A DNA stretch of 64,000 bases from Candidatus Bathyarchaeota archaeon (GCA_005881615.1 VBBR01000032.1:3183-67182); one strand, 5' to 3'; numbered from the stretch's first letter, positions 19,157 to 28,889 are shown. A program made the numbers and translations. Notes: a model not told the origin generated them from the sequence alone.

Positions 19157-19960
19157 CTGTTCCGAAAATTCGAGGAGAAAGTCCATCCTATTCCGTTGAA
19201 AGAGCGCATAGCGCAAGCTTTGTTCCGACTCGGATCACAGAAAGAAAAACTAGAGCACATGTCCGCTAGGCTCCAGCAACGCGACAAAGAGATGTTTCAG
19301 CGATGCATCGGCGCTCAGCTCTCCAAGGATCCCTCTCACGCAGCTCTCTACGCCAACGAGTGTGCTGAGATTCGGAAAATGGCTCATCTTACGCTCAGCA
19401 GTGAACTGGCCCTCGAACGTGTCATCCTCCGAATGCAGACGGTCGAAGAGTTCGGCGACATTATGGCCCAGATCGCACCGGTCATCGGAGTCGTACGCGA
19501 GACACGCGGTAGAATTGCAGGTGTCATTCCCGAAGTGGCCAACGAGCTTGGCGAGGTCAACAACATGCTAAGTGACATGAGCATGGAAACCGGCCAGGTC
19601 GGCGAAGACCAGGGCTTCGACATGAGCGCCTCAAGCGCCGAAGCACGCAAGGTTCTCGAAGAATCCAGCGCCATTGCATCCCAAGAAATGAAAGAACGAT
19701 TCCCGGAGCTGCCAATGCCTGAGACCCGCCAACCAGTTCGAGAAGCCGCAACACGCGCCCCAGAACAAAGAATCCCCATCGCCATAACCACAAACGGCTC
19801 AGAAGAAGCTCCCCTGGAAGACAGGCTCCTAAGCTACATCAAATCACACAACGGAGAACTCAGCCTCAACAACTGCTCCGCAGAGCTCCTGGTCCCGAGC
19901 GACGACATCAGGCGTTCCCTACAACGGCTCAAGGATGACGGAAAGATAGTCATGGACTAG
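19157..19960 (+). CDS. cdvB: ESCRT-III CdvB with C-terminal winged-helix domain
   Basis: Snf7 core, FPELPMP MIM2, C-terminal wH (LLSYIKSHNGELSLNNCSAELLV...LKDDGKI). Homology extends 5' of TTG 19196 to CTG 19157, which follows GGAGG. Confidence 0.9.
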   Translation: MFRKFEEKVHPIPLKERIAQALFRLGSQKEKLEHMSARLQQRDKEMFQRCIGAQLSKDPSHAALYANECAEIRKMAHLTLSSELALERVILRMQTVEEFGDIMAQIAPVIGVVRETRGRIAGVIPEVANELGEVNNMLSDMSMETGQVGEDQGFDMSASSAEARKVLEESSAIASQEMKERFPELPMPETRQPVREAATRAPEQRIPIAITTNGSEEAPLEDRLLSYIKSHNGELSLNNCSAELLVPSDDIRRSLQRLKDDGKIVMD

Positions 19961-20015
19961 ACGGGAGATAAGTGCTCCCGTCCAAGCCCTTCAGTATCAC
20001 AAGAGGGGACAAGTA

Positions 20016-21161
20016 ATCTCAGCATCCGAAGAACTGGAATCGCTTGCAGTAAAATACGCGAAAGAAGCTATCGAGCTGGAGAGAAAAGGCTCCAAACGGC
20101 TTGCCGCAACAAAATACCAGCGAGCCATCGAAGTCCTCCTCAAACTATGCTCATTATACCCAGCCGCGGTTCAAAACAAGGTCTACACGGAACACGTAGA
20201 AGCATACAAGAAACGAATCCAAGAACTCCAGTCAGACGAACCAATAACTCATTCTATGGATTCGACTGAGACCCGTGAGTCCAAGACCATCAAGCTCGAT
20301 CAGTGGGTCCTGACGGAGAAACCGGACATCAGCTGGAGCGACATCGCCGACCTTGAGAAGCCGAAACGAGCGATCGAAGAATCAATAATCTTCCCCGTTC
20401 GAAGACCGGATCTCTTCCCTCTTGGCTGGCCTCGAGGAATACTCTTCTTCGGACCCCCAGGTTGCGGAAAAACCCTACTCGCTGCCGCCATTGCGAGCGA
20501 GATCAAGGGGATGTTCTTCTGTGCGGACGCCGCTTCCCTAATGTCAAAGTGGCTTGGAGAATCCGAACGAAACGTCTCCCAACTCTTCACAAAAGCAAGG
20601 GAAGTGTCTGAGAACGGGCAACCAGCCATCGTTTTCATCGACGAAATAGACTCGTTAATGGGCGTCCGGGGGGAAGAGGTCGGCGGAGAAGTCCGCGTCC
20701 GAAACCAGTTCCTCAAAGAGATGGATGGCATCCTCGACAAGAACAAGAAATTCCACGTCTACCTCATCGGTGCAACAAACAAGCCGTGGGTCCTGGACGA
20801 GCCGTTCATCCGACGCTTCCAGAAGAGAATCTACGTTCCACTACCAGACGTCAAAGCCCGCATGGACATGTTCCAGATCTATGCCCAGAATCTGAAGTTC
20901 CAGAACAACGTGGACTTCGCTGAGCTAGCGCGAAGGACTGAAGGCTACTCTGGAGGAGATATTCGCGATCTGTTCCAGTCCACCCAGATCAAGGTGGTCC
21001 GCGACTTCTTCCAGCGTGGTGCCGCTAACGATCTCAACGCTATTCCAGACCCGATTACTATGGAGGATTTCGAGACCATCATCGTGGGCCGACGGCCAAG
21101 CGTCTCGCAGAACATCATCAAACGATACTTCGACTGGGACGAATCGTTCAAGGCATCATAG
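20016..21161 (+). CDS. cdvC: Vps4/CdvC AAA+ ATPase with N-terminal MIT domain
   Basis: GPPGCGKT, FIDEID, GATNKPW, IRRFQKR. An in-frame MIT domain (SASEELESLAVKYAKEAIELE...YKKRIQEL) lies upstream of ATG 20256, starting at ATC 20016 after GAGGGG. Confidence 0.93.
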   Translation: MSASEELESLAVKYAKEAIELERKGSKRLAATKYQRAIEVLLKLCSLYPAAVQNKVYTEHVEAYKKRIQELQSDEPITHSMDSTETRESKTIKLDQWVLTEKPDISWSDIADLEKPKRAIEESIIFPVRRPDLFPLGWPRGILFFGPPGCGKTLLAAAIASEIKGMFFCADAASLMSKWLGESERNVSQLFTKAREVSENGQPAIVFIDEIDSLMGVRGEEVGGEVRVRNQFLKEMDGILDKNKKFHVYLIGATNKPWVLDEPFIRRFQKRIYVPLPDVKARMDMFQIYAQNLKFQNNVDFAELARRTEGYSGGDIRDLFQSTQIKVVRDFFQRGAANDLNAIPDPITMEDFETIIVGRRPSVSQNIIKRYFDWDESFKAS

Positions 21162-21174
21162 AGGATGAAAAGAC

Positions 21175-21645
21175 GTGAACCTTGACGGAACTGACCTACG
21201 CATCCTCGCGGAGCTCGTGGAGAACTCCAAACAATCCTATGTTGAGATAGGCCGCAAACTCGCCCTCCATCCCAACGTCATCGCCTACAGAGTCAACCGA
21301 CTAGAAGACGCCCACATTATCCGCGAATACACAACACTCATCGACTTCGGAAAGCTCGGCCTCTTAGAACAAGTCATCGTCGCCGCAAACTTCCCCAGCA
21401 GCCCCTCCAGAGAAGACATTCTGAAACAGATATGCGAGATCCCAGAAACCCTCAACGTCATCAGCTCCCTCGGAACCCCAGAAGGACTCGTCTTCATAGT
21501 CGCCCGCAACAAAGAGGTCGTAAACGCGGTCCTGTCAAAGCTCCGTTCAATGAACCTTGACATCGATTTCGCATCCTCAGTCATCAGGACCTATGACGAG
21601 GGACGCTTGGGAATGTTCCTCCGGTCCATGGCAGGCCCAGAATAG
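21175..21645 (+). CDS. Lrp/AsnC family transcriptional regulator
   Basis: LDGTDLRILAEL...SYVEIGRKLAL...RVNRLEDAHIIREY helix-turn-helix. Confidence 0.88.
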   Translation: MNLDGTDLRILAELVENSKQSYVEIGRKLALHPNVIAYRVNRLEDAHIIREYTTLIDFGKLGLLEQVIVAANFPSSPSREDILKQICEIPETLNVISSLGTPEGLVFIVARNKEVVNAVLSKLRSMNLDIDFASSVIRTYDEGRLGMFLRSMAGPE

Positions 21646-21659
21646 AAGGTCGATCCTAA

Positions 21660-22127
21660 TTGGAAAAGCCATCCTGGACCCCAATTGTCCTATCCGGCGC
21701 CATCCCACGAGAAGCCACGGACCTACTCGCAATTCTAGTGATTGGCATAGTAGCCCTCCAGGCGTCTCTTGCCGCAATAGGTCCAACAATCCCCGAGTCA
21801 CGACTCTGGCTCTCTCTCCTAGTTGTTCCACCGACATGTGCCCTAGCGTCTGTATCTACTACGACAAGACGGACGAAGGAGGAATTAGCCCTCTTCGCCT
21901 ACGGAGGCTCCGGCTGGCAGATTCTCCTACGCTACTTCATCAGAGGAGCGATCATTGCTCTGCTCGCATTCTCTCCAGTCCTGCTTCAAGAATTCCTCAC
22001 AACCACTCCGATGCTCGAACTAGCTACAACAGTGATCATTCTGTTGTTCGCAGGAGGTCTGTTCTATTCGCTACCCAGTCTTCGCCGAATACGATCCTCA
22101 TCGTTTGTTGAGCACTACAAGAGTTAG
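21660..22127 (+). CDS. Minimal FtsX-like (type VII ABC) permease, 4 TM
   Basis: RRTKEELALFAYGGSGWQILLRYFIRGAIIALL resembles the FtsX/MacB coupling motif R..EI....A.GAS..QI. No large extracellular domain. Confidence 0.55.
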   Translation: MEKPSWTPIVLSGAIPREATDLLAILVIGIVALQASLAAIGPTIPESRLWLSLLVVPPTCALASVSTTTRRTKEELALFAYGGSGWQILLRYFIRGAIIALLAFSPVLLQEFLTTTPMLELATTVIILLFAGGLFYSLPSLRRIRSSSFVEHYKS

Positions 22128-22132
22128 CAAAC

Positions 22133-22828
22133 ATGCCATCTGTGATCGAAACAAGGTCAGTGGTCGTCGAATACCCTTCAGTCAAAGGGGTTCTGCGGCT
22201 CTACGAGCAAGGCGTTTCCTTGAAAGTGGATCAGGGAGACTTCCTCGCCGTCCTCGGCGGGTCTGGCTGGGGAAAATCAACACTCGTCAACGTAGTCTTG
22301 GGACTGGAGAAACCCATTCATGGGTCGGTCAGCTTTCGCGACCACGACGTCACACGGGAATCATTCGTAAAACGGTGTGCCTTGGTTAAGACAGCCGCCG
22401 TGTTTCAGCGTCCAACCGCGCTCCCGCAGATGACAGTTTCACAGAACCTGCACCTAGCCCTCTCGCTAGCGGGGGTCCCGAGAAAGGATCGAGATGAAAG
22501 GATCAAAGAAGCCCTCGCATTTTTTGGATTAGACAAGATCGAACGATCATACCCTGACGGGCTCAGCGCTGGCCAGCGAAGGCGAATCGATCTCGCAAGA
22601 GCTTTGGCCGTCAAACCCGAACTACTGGTGATCGACGAGCCGACGGGCGACTTAGATGGGTCCGCTACAAACCTGCTAATCCCTCTTCTAAGGGGACTAA
22701 ACCGGAACCAGGGAACAACAATTTTCATGACCACAGCACTGCCTCGTCAAGCGTCGCAAGCAAAGCACCAGGTGCATCTCAGACCGCCTTTGTACCTCAC
22801 TCCGGAAAACAGGATGATCGGAGACTAA
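22133..22828 (+). CDS. ABC ATP-binding protein, FtsE/LolD-like
   Basis: GGSGWGKST, VFQ, LSAGQRRR, LLVIDEPTGDLD. The H-switch His is replaced (FMTTA). Confidence 0.85.
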   Translation: MPSVIETRSVVVEYPSVKGVLRLYEQGVSLKVDQGDFLAVLGGSGWGKSTLVNVVLGLEKPIHGSVSFRDHDVTRESFVKRCALVKTAAVFQRPTALPQMTVSQNLHLALSLAGVPRKDRDERIKEALAFFGLDKIERSYPDGLSAGQRRRIDLARALAVKPELLVIDEPTGDLDGSATNLLIPLLRGLNRNQGTTIFMTTALPRQASQAKHQVHLRPPLYLTPENRMIGD

Positions 22829-22830
22829 CA

Positions 22831-23439
22831 ATGTTCCGCGACAATCCCTCATTAACCGACAGAATCCGGGAAGCGATCAAGCCGACACCGATGAAACAGC
22901 GGATCCAGTTCGCTTCCCACAAACTCCGTCTACAAACTACAAGGCTGGAGCGAAGCATTACCCAGATGGAATCACGAGACCAGACACTTCGAGATAAGTG
23001 CACCAAAGCACTGGAGGCGCGAGATACTCAAACCGCGACCGTTTTCGCAAACGAATGCGTCCAAATTCGAAAACTCATCAAGACATCCCTCCGAAGCCAG
23101 ATCTGCCTCGAACAAGCACTACTCCGCCTCGAGACGGTGGAACAGTTCGGCGACCTGGTCCACAGCATGGGCTCAGTCAAAGGACTCCTCGGCGCAGTAA
23201 GAGGCGAGCTAGAAGGCAAACTTCCCGAAATTTCAACAGGTATCGGCGATGTCGAAGACTCGCTAGAGAATCTCACGATGGAAATTGGGGAAGCAGTTGA
23301 CTCGGATGGGATGTCCATCCCGGTCAATGATGAATCCGCTCACATCTTGAAGGAGGCGGATCTTATGGCCGAGCAGAAGATGAAAGAGAAATTCCCTGAA
23401 ATTCCTCAGATAGCGAATCCGGCTCATCGAGTGAGGTAG
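22831..23439 (+). CDS. cdvB: ESCRT-III/Snf7 family protein (third CdvB paralog)
   Basis: FANECVQIRK...LEQALLRLETVEQFGD; C-terminal FPEIP. Confidence 0.9.
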   Translation: MFRDNPSLTDRIREAIKPTPMKQRIQFASHKLRLQTTRLERSITQMESRDQTLRDKCTKALEARDTQTATVFANECVQIRKLIKTSLRSQICLEQALLRLETVEQFGDLVHSMGSVKGLLGAVRGELEGKLPEISTGIGDVEDSLENLTMEIGEAVDSDGMSIPVNDESAHILKEADLMAEQKMKEKFPEIPQIANPAHRVR

Positions 23440-23446
23440 AATCTAT

Positions 23447-24064
23447 CTGCTCTCTCCTGAGCTGGAGACGAAAGCTCTCCTCGGACGAAGTGTCAACGAC
23501 ATCTACGGCAGACTGCTAGGACGGGTAATCGGCATCGAGCGCAACCCCTTCGGAGAGATGGAAGGAGTCCAGATAGAAGCGACAGGCGGAATTATTCTCA
23601 CAGCCAAAGCCAGGCAAATGGCCCTCACCCCGAAAACAATCACGATATCCCCGGAGTGGAAGCTTGAGTCCGAGGACATCATCTCCGAACTGACACTGTT
23701 GAGGAAGAGGATTGGTGCCCTGGAATCGTTGAAAGATTCGAGGGAGATTGACGGAGAAATCTATTCGGAGCTTCTCGAGTCGCAGAAGGCCGGCTACCTG
23801 GACAAGGTGAAACTGGCGAGCGCCCTGGTCGGCTCAATGCGATCTAGACTAGCCGAAATCACTGGACAAATCACGAGCCTGACAAGATATCTTGTCAATG
23901 CGAAGCTTGATCACAAGAGTGGGGAGCTTGACGAGGATTCTCTGAAACTCGCGCAGGGCTCTATCGAGCCGAGTCTTCGGCCTTTGATCGCGGAGAGAAA
24001 CGATCTTTCCCTGTCGATCAAAGTTGTCGAGCAGGTCCTGCCATCAAAGGTCAGCATTAACTAG
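23447..24064 (+). CDS. cdvA: Second CdvA paralog
   Basis: In-frame LLGRSVNDIYGRLLGRVIGIE lies upstream of ATG 23558; PEWK; KSGELDEDS. Likely CTG start at 23447 after GAGGT. Confidence 0.82.
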   Translation: MLSPELETKALLGRSVNDIYGRLLGRVIGIERNPFGEMEGVQIEATGGIILTAKARQMALTPKTITISPEWKLESEDIISELTLLRKRIGALESLKDSREIDGEIYSELLESQKAGYLDKVKLASALVGSMRSRLAEITGQITSLTRYLVNAKLDHKSGELDEDSLKLAQGSIEPSLRPLIAERNDLSLSIKVVEQVLPSKVSIN

Positions 24065-24190
24065 GACCCTACTATCCTTGTCCGGTTGAGGATAGGGAAG
24101 TGGCTACCTTCGACAGTCGGGTCCGGGTACTGTAACAGCCATATTTTCCGTTGCCATTTTCCAAATAACAGCGTAGAGTTGCGATGATTC

Positions 24191-24529
24191 ATGACCAGTA
24201 AAGCGAGAAAGAACAAGCCTACAAGGATCGAAAAGGTCCTGCCCTTGGACAAGGTTATCGGGTTCTTCCGTCAACGATTCCACGATCCCTATCTGAATCC
24301 GGAAGCTGAGTTGAGCTTCGTGGATTTTCAAACCGGCTTCCCGGAAGTTCCGCGCGAGGACTTGGAGGAAGGATTGTCTCACTGGGTTATGAGACCCGGC
24401 GCAAGAGTACTCTCAACGAAAACAACTGCTATTGATGGACTTGAACTGCAAGTGTGGTACATTCATGGGCTTCACGAGGAACACGCGGACTTGGAGGATT
24501 CAATGAGCCGGAGCCCCATCCAAGCCTAG
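24191..24529 (+). CDS. Hypothetical protein
   Basis: 112-aa ATG ORF with protein-like composition. Confidence 0.55.
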   Translation: MTSKARKNKPTRIEKVLPLDKVIGFFRQRFHDPYLNPEAELSFVDFQTGFPEVPREDLEEGLSHWVMRPGARVLSTKTTAIDGLELQVWYIHGLHEEHADLEDSMSRSPIQA

Positions 24530-24984
24530 CAGCGAAAAGACGCAACCTCCATCAATCGACTTTCTTACTAATTAGAGTAGGAAATCATAATTCAATATTC
24601 GTGGGAAAATCTTCCGACCCCCCATTTTGAAATCAATTGTGGGAAATCGCCCATTGTCCGCCCTATTCTGAAATCTGGGACCCCCTCTGAACTCTCCCCT
24701 AAGAATCGTTCGTGTTTGGCTGAAATAATGACAGGTTTCGCCTCGGCATGCGAACTTGGATTGCGCCCTAAATCATTGGACTCGCCCATTATCATTGCAG
24801 ACACGAAATCGTCTCCCGAAAAAGTGGGGTATGTTTCAGCGGTTTTGTGACGCATGAGTGGGCTCCCCGGACCATCGTGAAAGTAATCGCCTCGAGCTAG
24901 CTCATCAATCCCGAGGATTCTCGATTACAGACAATTGAAGCCCTTATACCGATCGAAGACCCGCCGCGAAATCGCGAGATACGT

Positions 24985-25698
24985 TTGAAGGCGTTTGTTC
25001 TTGCCGGTGGCGCGGGAACCCGGCTCTCACCGCTAACAAGCTACGTCCCAAAAGGAATGATACCTATAGCTGGCAAGCCATTCATCGATTATGTCATCAG
25101 CTATCTCGCGAGCCATGGAATAAGAAACATCATCATGTTGCTATCCGATGAGGATAGCGAGGTATATCGCAACCACTTGGACGATGGATCGAAGTACGGT
25201 GTCAACATCGGGTACAGCATCAGTCCTCGAACAGGCACCTCGAACGCGCTCAAAGACGCCAGTAGCCACATTGACGGAACATTCCTTGTCTACTACGGCG
25301 ATGTCCTCACAAGTCTCGACCTAACCGATATGATTCGGTTCCACAGGGAGAAGAAAGCCGTTTGCACAGTCGCACTAAGCACCGGCGTCCGAATCGATTA
25401 CGGCGTCGGACGAGTCGACAAGGATAACAGGATAGAATATTTTGAGGAGAAACCGGTGCTCAAGGATTATCCTGTCGCGATCGGTGTATGCCTCTGCGAG
25501 CCCTCGTTCCTAAAGTACTGTTCAAGCGGATCAGACATAGCAGCAAACGTCATACCAGCACTCGTCGCCAAAGGCGAACGAGTCTACGGATACCTAACGC
25601 CGGAACCACACCACGACATCGGATCATTCAAGCAGCTGGACGAGGTAAAGAAGATCCTAAAGACTCACAGCAAGACGCAGACAAAGAGTCAGAACTAA
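24985..25698 (+). CDS. NDP-sugar pyrophosphorylase / nucleotidyltransferase family protein
   Basis: LAGGAGTRLSPLTSYVPKGMIPIAGKP, YGDV, FEEKP, DIGS. Confidence 0.92.
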   Translation: MKAFVLAGGAGTRLSPLTSYVPKGMIPIAGKPFIDYVISYLASHGIRNIIMLLSDEDSEVYRNHLDDGSKYGVNIGYSISPRTGTSNALKDASSHIDGTFLVYYGDVLTSLDLTDMIRFHREKKAVCTVALSTGVRIDYGVGRVDKDNRIEYFEEKPVLKDYPVAIGVCLCEPSFLKYCSSGSDIAANVIPALVAKGERVYGYLTPEPHHDIGSFKQLDEVKKILKTHSKTQTKSQN

Positions 25699-27098
25699 GT
25701 TATCCAGTGCGTCTCCTCAGCCGAATCCTCAACCACAAAACCAAGCTTGGCCATCCGATCGCGGATGCGATCAGCTGACTCGTAATCACGCTTGCTCCGC
25801 AGCTCGTTCCGCAGCTCCAGGACGAAGTTCACCAGCTCGGAAGCCCGGTTCTGCGCAACAGTCTCGGTCTCCAACACGCCAAGCACAGAGCCCAAGTCCT
25901 CCAAAGCACCAATTATCGCGTTCCCAGATTCGGCCTTCGGATTTCTTGCCTCCTCCTCTGCCAGCCCGACTATTCTGATGTAGGCAGCGAGCGCTCCCGG
26001 CGTGTTGAAGTCATCGTCCATGGCCTTGAAGAACTCGTCTCGCGCCTCGTCCAACGGTTTCAGAACCGAGTTTATCTCATTCTCGTTCCGAGTTATCTTG
26101 TCTCGAGCCAGCGCGAGCTGATCGTGCGCCCGCCTGAACCTTCTCGCAAGGCTAACCGCTTGCTGCAACGCCTCCTCGGTAAAGTCCAACGGACTCCTGT
26201 AGTGCGTTCCTGCGTAGAACACACGCAAACCCGGAGTGCCAACCTTTCTGACCATGTCCCGTATCGGGATAAAGTTCCCGAGCGATTTGTGCATCTCTTG
26301 TCCCTTGATGCTCATCAATCCGGTGTGAAGCCAATAGCGCGCCAATGGTTTCTTACCAGTCAGACTCTCCGCCTCGGCGATCTCAGCTTCATGATGAGGA
26401 AAGATGAGGTCCGAACCGCCACCATGCACATCATACGTTGGGCCAAAGTACGTTAGAGTAATCGCAGTGTCCTCGATGTGCCAGCCAGGCCGTCCCTTTC
26501 CCCAAGGACTCTCCCAGAATATCTCGCCAGGCTTCTGGCTCTTCCACAAGGCAAAGTCTCCAGGATTCTTCTTCCGCGGATCCGGATCAATCCGGTGAAC
26601 CGTAAGATCCGCAAGTTTTTGGTGGGAGAGTTTTCCGTAGCCTGGAAACTTGGAAATGTCGAAATAGACGTCTCCGTCAACCCTGTAAGCTATTCCCTTC
26701 TTGAGAAGTCCAGTGATCTGATCGAGGATTTCGGGAATATGATCCGAAGCCTTCGCGTACAGATTAACACTGTCCACGTGGAGTTCTTTCATGTCCTTGA
26801 AGAAAGCCCTCGCTAACCGATCGGCCAAAGCGAGCGGCTGTTCTCCTATATCGTGAGCCTTGTTGATGATCTTATCGTCAACATCGGTAATGTTGAGCAG
26901 AAAGAAGAGACTGAAGCCCTTCCTCCGCAAATAGCGGGCGATGATATCGTAAGCGACGTAGGTCTTCCCGTGGCCAATATGGGACACATCCCAGACCGTT
27001 GGGCCACAGACAAACATGTTCACCCGGTTGGCTCGGATAGTCTCGAACTTGTCCAGTTTCCGCGTCAGCGTATTGTAGACTCGAAGCTCAGAAGACAT
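25695..27098 (-). CDS. cysS: Cysteinyl-tRNA synthetase
   Basis: CGPTVWD, HIGH, DFALWK, GRPGWHIE, FPHHEAE, MHKSLGN. Confidence 0.97.
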   Translation of the reverse strand: MSSELRVYNTLTRKLDKFETIRANRVNMFVCGPTVWDVSHIGHGKTYVAYDIIARYLRRKGFSLFFLLNITDVDDKIINKAHDIGEQPLALADRLARAFFKDMKELHVDSVNLYAKASDHIPEILDQITGLLKKGIAYRVDGDVYFDISKFPGYGKLSHQKLADLTVHRIDPDPRKKNPGDFALWKSQKPGEIFWESPWGKGRPGWHIEDTAITLTYFGPTYDVHGGGSDLIFPHHEAEIAEAESLTGKKPLARYWLHTGLMSIKGQEMHKSLGNFIPIRDMVRKVGTPGLRVFYAGTHYRSPLDFTEEALQQAVSLARRFRRAHDQLALARDKITRNENEINSVLKPLDEARDEFFKAMDDDFNTPGALAAYIRIVGLAEEEARNPKAESGNAIIGALEDLGSVLGVLETETVAQNRASELVNFVLELRNELRSKRDYESADRIRDRMAKLGFVVEDSAEETHWIT

Positions 27099-27160
27099 CG
27101 GATCTATCAGCGCGGAAACCTCACAGCCATTTCACTCAAGCTAGTCCTCTATAACAGGCT

Positions 27161-27658
27161 CTAACTGGTTGGAAGCTTGCCCTGACCCTGCTTGGCTTCT
27201 GAGGAATGGCTCTTCTCGGATTGGATATTGCTCCAGGCCTTCGAAAGCATCTCCTTCTCGTTCGGGTACGACAAGGTATGAAGAGCCTTCTCGTACGGCA
27301 TCCACTCCATCGCATCATGCTCCGTCCCCACCTTCGCATCAGCCTGATCAGTCTCAAAGAGAAAGAAATGGACAGTCTTGTCGTAAGTCTTCGCACGGAA
27401 CCCGAACTGGTACTTGATCGCGCCAAGCTTCCCATGCAGCTTCACCCTGCTCACACCAGTCTCCTCACGCACCTCCCTCATAGCCGTCGTGACCTCGTCC
27501 TCCCCCTCCTCGATCAAACCCTTCGGCAAACACCACACACCTCTCTTATTGCTCGTCAACAGCAGAAAAAGCGGATTATCCTTGTCCCAGCGATAGACGA
27601 CTCCCCCAGCTGATGTAACCCGGATCCTCTGCCTGGGCTGCATTCCGCCCCCGTACAT
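27161..27658 (-). CDS. NUDIX hydrolase (Ap4A hydrolase-like)
   Basis: PKGLIEEGEDEVTTAMREVREETG Nudix box. Confidence 0.92.
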   Translation of the reverse strand: MYGGGMQPRQRIRVTSAGGVVYRWDKDNPLFLLLTSNKRGVWCLPKGLIEEGEDEVTTAMREVREETGVSRVKLHGKLGAIKYQFGFRAKTYDKTVHFFLFETDQADAKVGTEHDAMEWMPYEKALHTLSYPNEKEMLSKAWSNIQSEKSHSSEAKQGQGKLPTS

Positions 27659-27680
27659 GACTACACTCTACGCTCTGCGA

Positions 27681-28889
27681 CTATAATTCGATATCTTTCG
27701 ACAAAGGCGTGATGTTTTCCGAAGGAGAACCAACAACCACAATGTCCTCTATCCTGATACCACCCCACTTGGGCTCGTAGAGCCCTGGCTCGATCGTCAC
27801 CACGGATCCTTTTCTCAGGTTATCCTTGCCGTACAGAGAGAGATACGGCCTTTCTCCAATAGTCAGTCCCACTCCATGACCGAGGCCGTGCATGAACCCA
27901 TGAGTCCGCGCTTCTTTGTTCCCCTTGACCAGTTGTCTCGCCGTTGGGTATCCTTTCCTCTCAAAGATCTTGCAGGCATTTGCCATCATGTCCTTGCAGG
28001 GAACCTGCTCCTTCACCATGTCGAGGGCTGATGTCTGGACCTCGAGAACGGCGTCATACATTTCCTTAATCTTCTTCGGCGCGGAACCGAACAGGTAGGT
28101 CCGAGTCAAGTCATGCCAGTAACCATCCGGCTCAGAGGGAAATATGTCGAAGACAATAGGCTCACCAGCTCGGACAATATCTTCGTCTTCACCTCTATAG
28201 TGAGGGTCACTCGATCTCCTGCCTGGCGCGAATATCGTGTCCTCCGGCGCGACCAAGTTCTGCTCGGAAAGCGACCTTCCGATAACCTTCTTGACGGTTC
28301 CAACACTCAAGGGCGTTGACTTGTAAGATACCCTCTTTCCATTGACCTTTGCTCCTCGTAGAAACCGGAGCGTGTCTTCCACGACTCGGATGGTCTTCTT
28401 TCCGAGAACTCTCAGCCTTTCGACCTCCCAACGATCCTTCGTCTCACGTGCAGCTTCGATGATCGTAGGCGACTTTTCCCCTGTAATCTTCACGCCCTTT
28501 CTGCGAAGAGCATCGATCATGTGCAGTGTATTGGACACGTCATTTCTTCCAGCCAGAATTATGGACCCGTGAAGTCCCTCGTCCTTCATGATTTTCTGAT
28601 AGAATCGGATCCTGGCCTCATCCCGGTCATACTTGCTAGCGATCCGCTCGTATCCATAGTCCGAGTAGGTCTTGATGTTGCGAACCTTTCCTTGGCGCGC
28701 GCTGCCCACGTCGATGTTGCTTACTATGAGCGTTGGGTCATGTGATCTTCGTTTCAGAAATATTCCCCCTCTCGGCAGAGAGGTTCCTGCCGCGTACCGA
28801 AGGTCTGGGTTTCCGACCGTTGAATCTCCGAAGACTATGATTGAATTGAGATTTCTTTTTTCCATCTCCACGTCGAGATCTTTGATCAA
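27681..28889 (-). CDS. Xaa-Pro aminopeptidase (M24 family)
   Basis: DPH, FDIFP, HDLTRT, HGLGHGVGL, TIEPGLY, GIRIED. Confidence 0.93.
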   Translation of the reverse strand: MIKDLDVEMEKRNLNSIIVFGDSTVGNPDLRYAAGTSLPRGGIFLKRRSHDPTLIVSNIDVGSARQGKVRNIKTYSDYGYERIASKYDRDEARIRFYQKIMKDEGLHGSIILAGRNDVSNTLHMIDALRRKGVKITGEKSPTIIEAARETKDRWEVERLRVLGKKTIRVVEDTLRFLRGAKVNGKRVSYKSTPLSVGTVKKVIGRSLSEQNLVAPEDTIFAPGRRSSDPHYRGEDEDIVRAGEPIVFDIFPSEPDGYWHDLTRTYLFGSAPKKIKEMYDAVLEVQTSALDMVKEQVPCKDMMANACKIFERKGYPTARQLVKGNKEARTHGFMHGLGHGVGLTIGERPYLSLYGKDNLRKGSVVTIEPGLYEPKWGGIRIEDIVVVGSPSENITPLSKDIEL

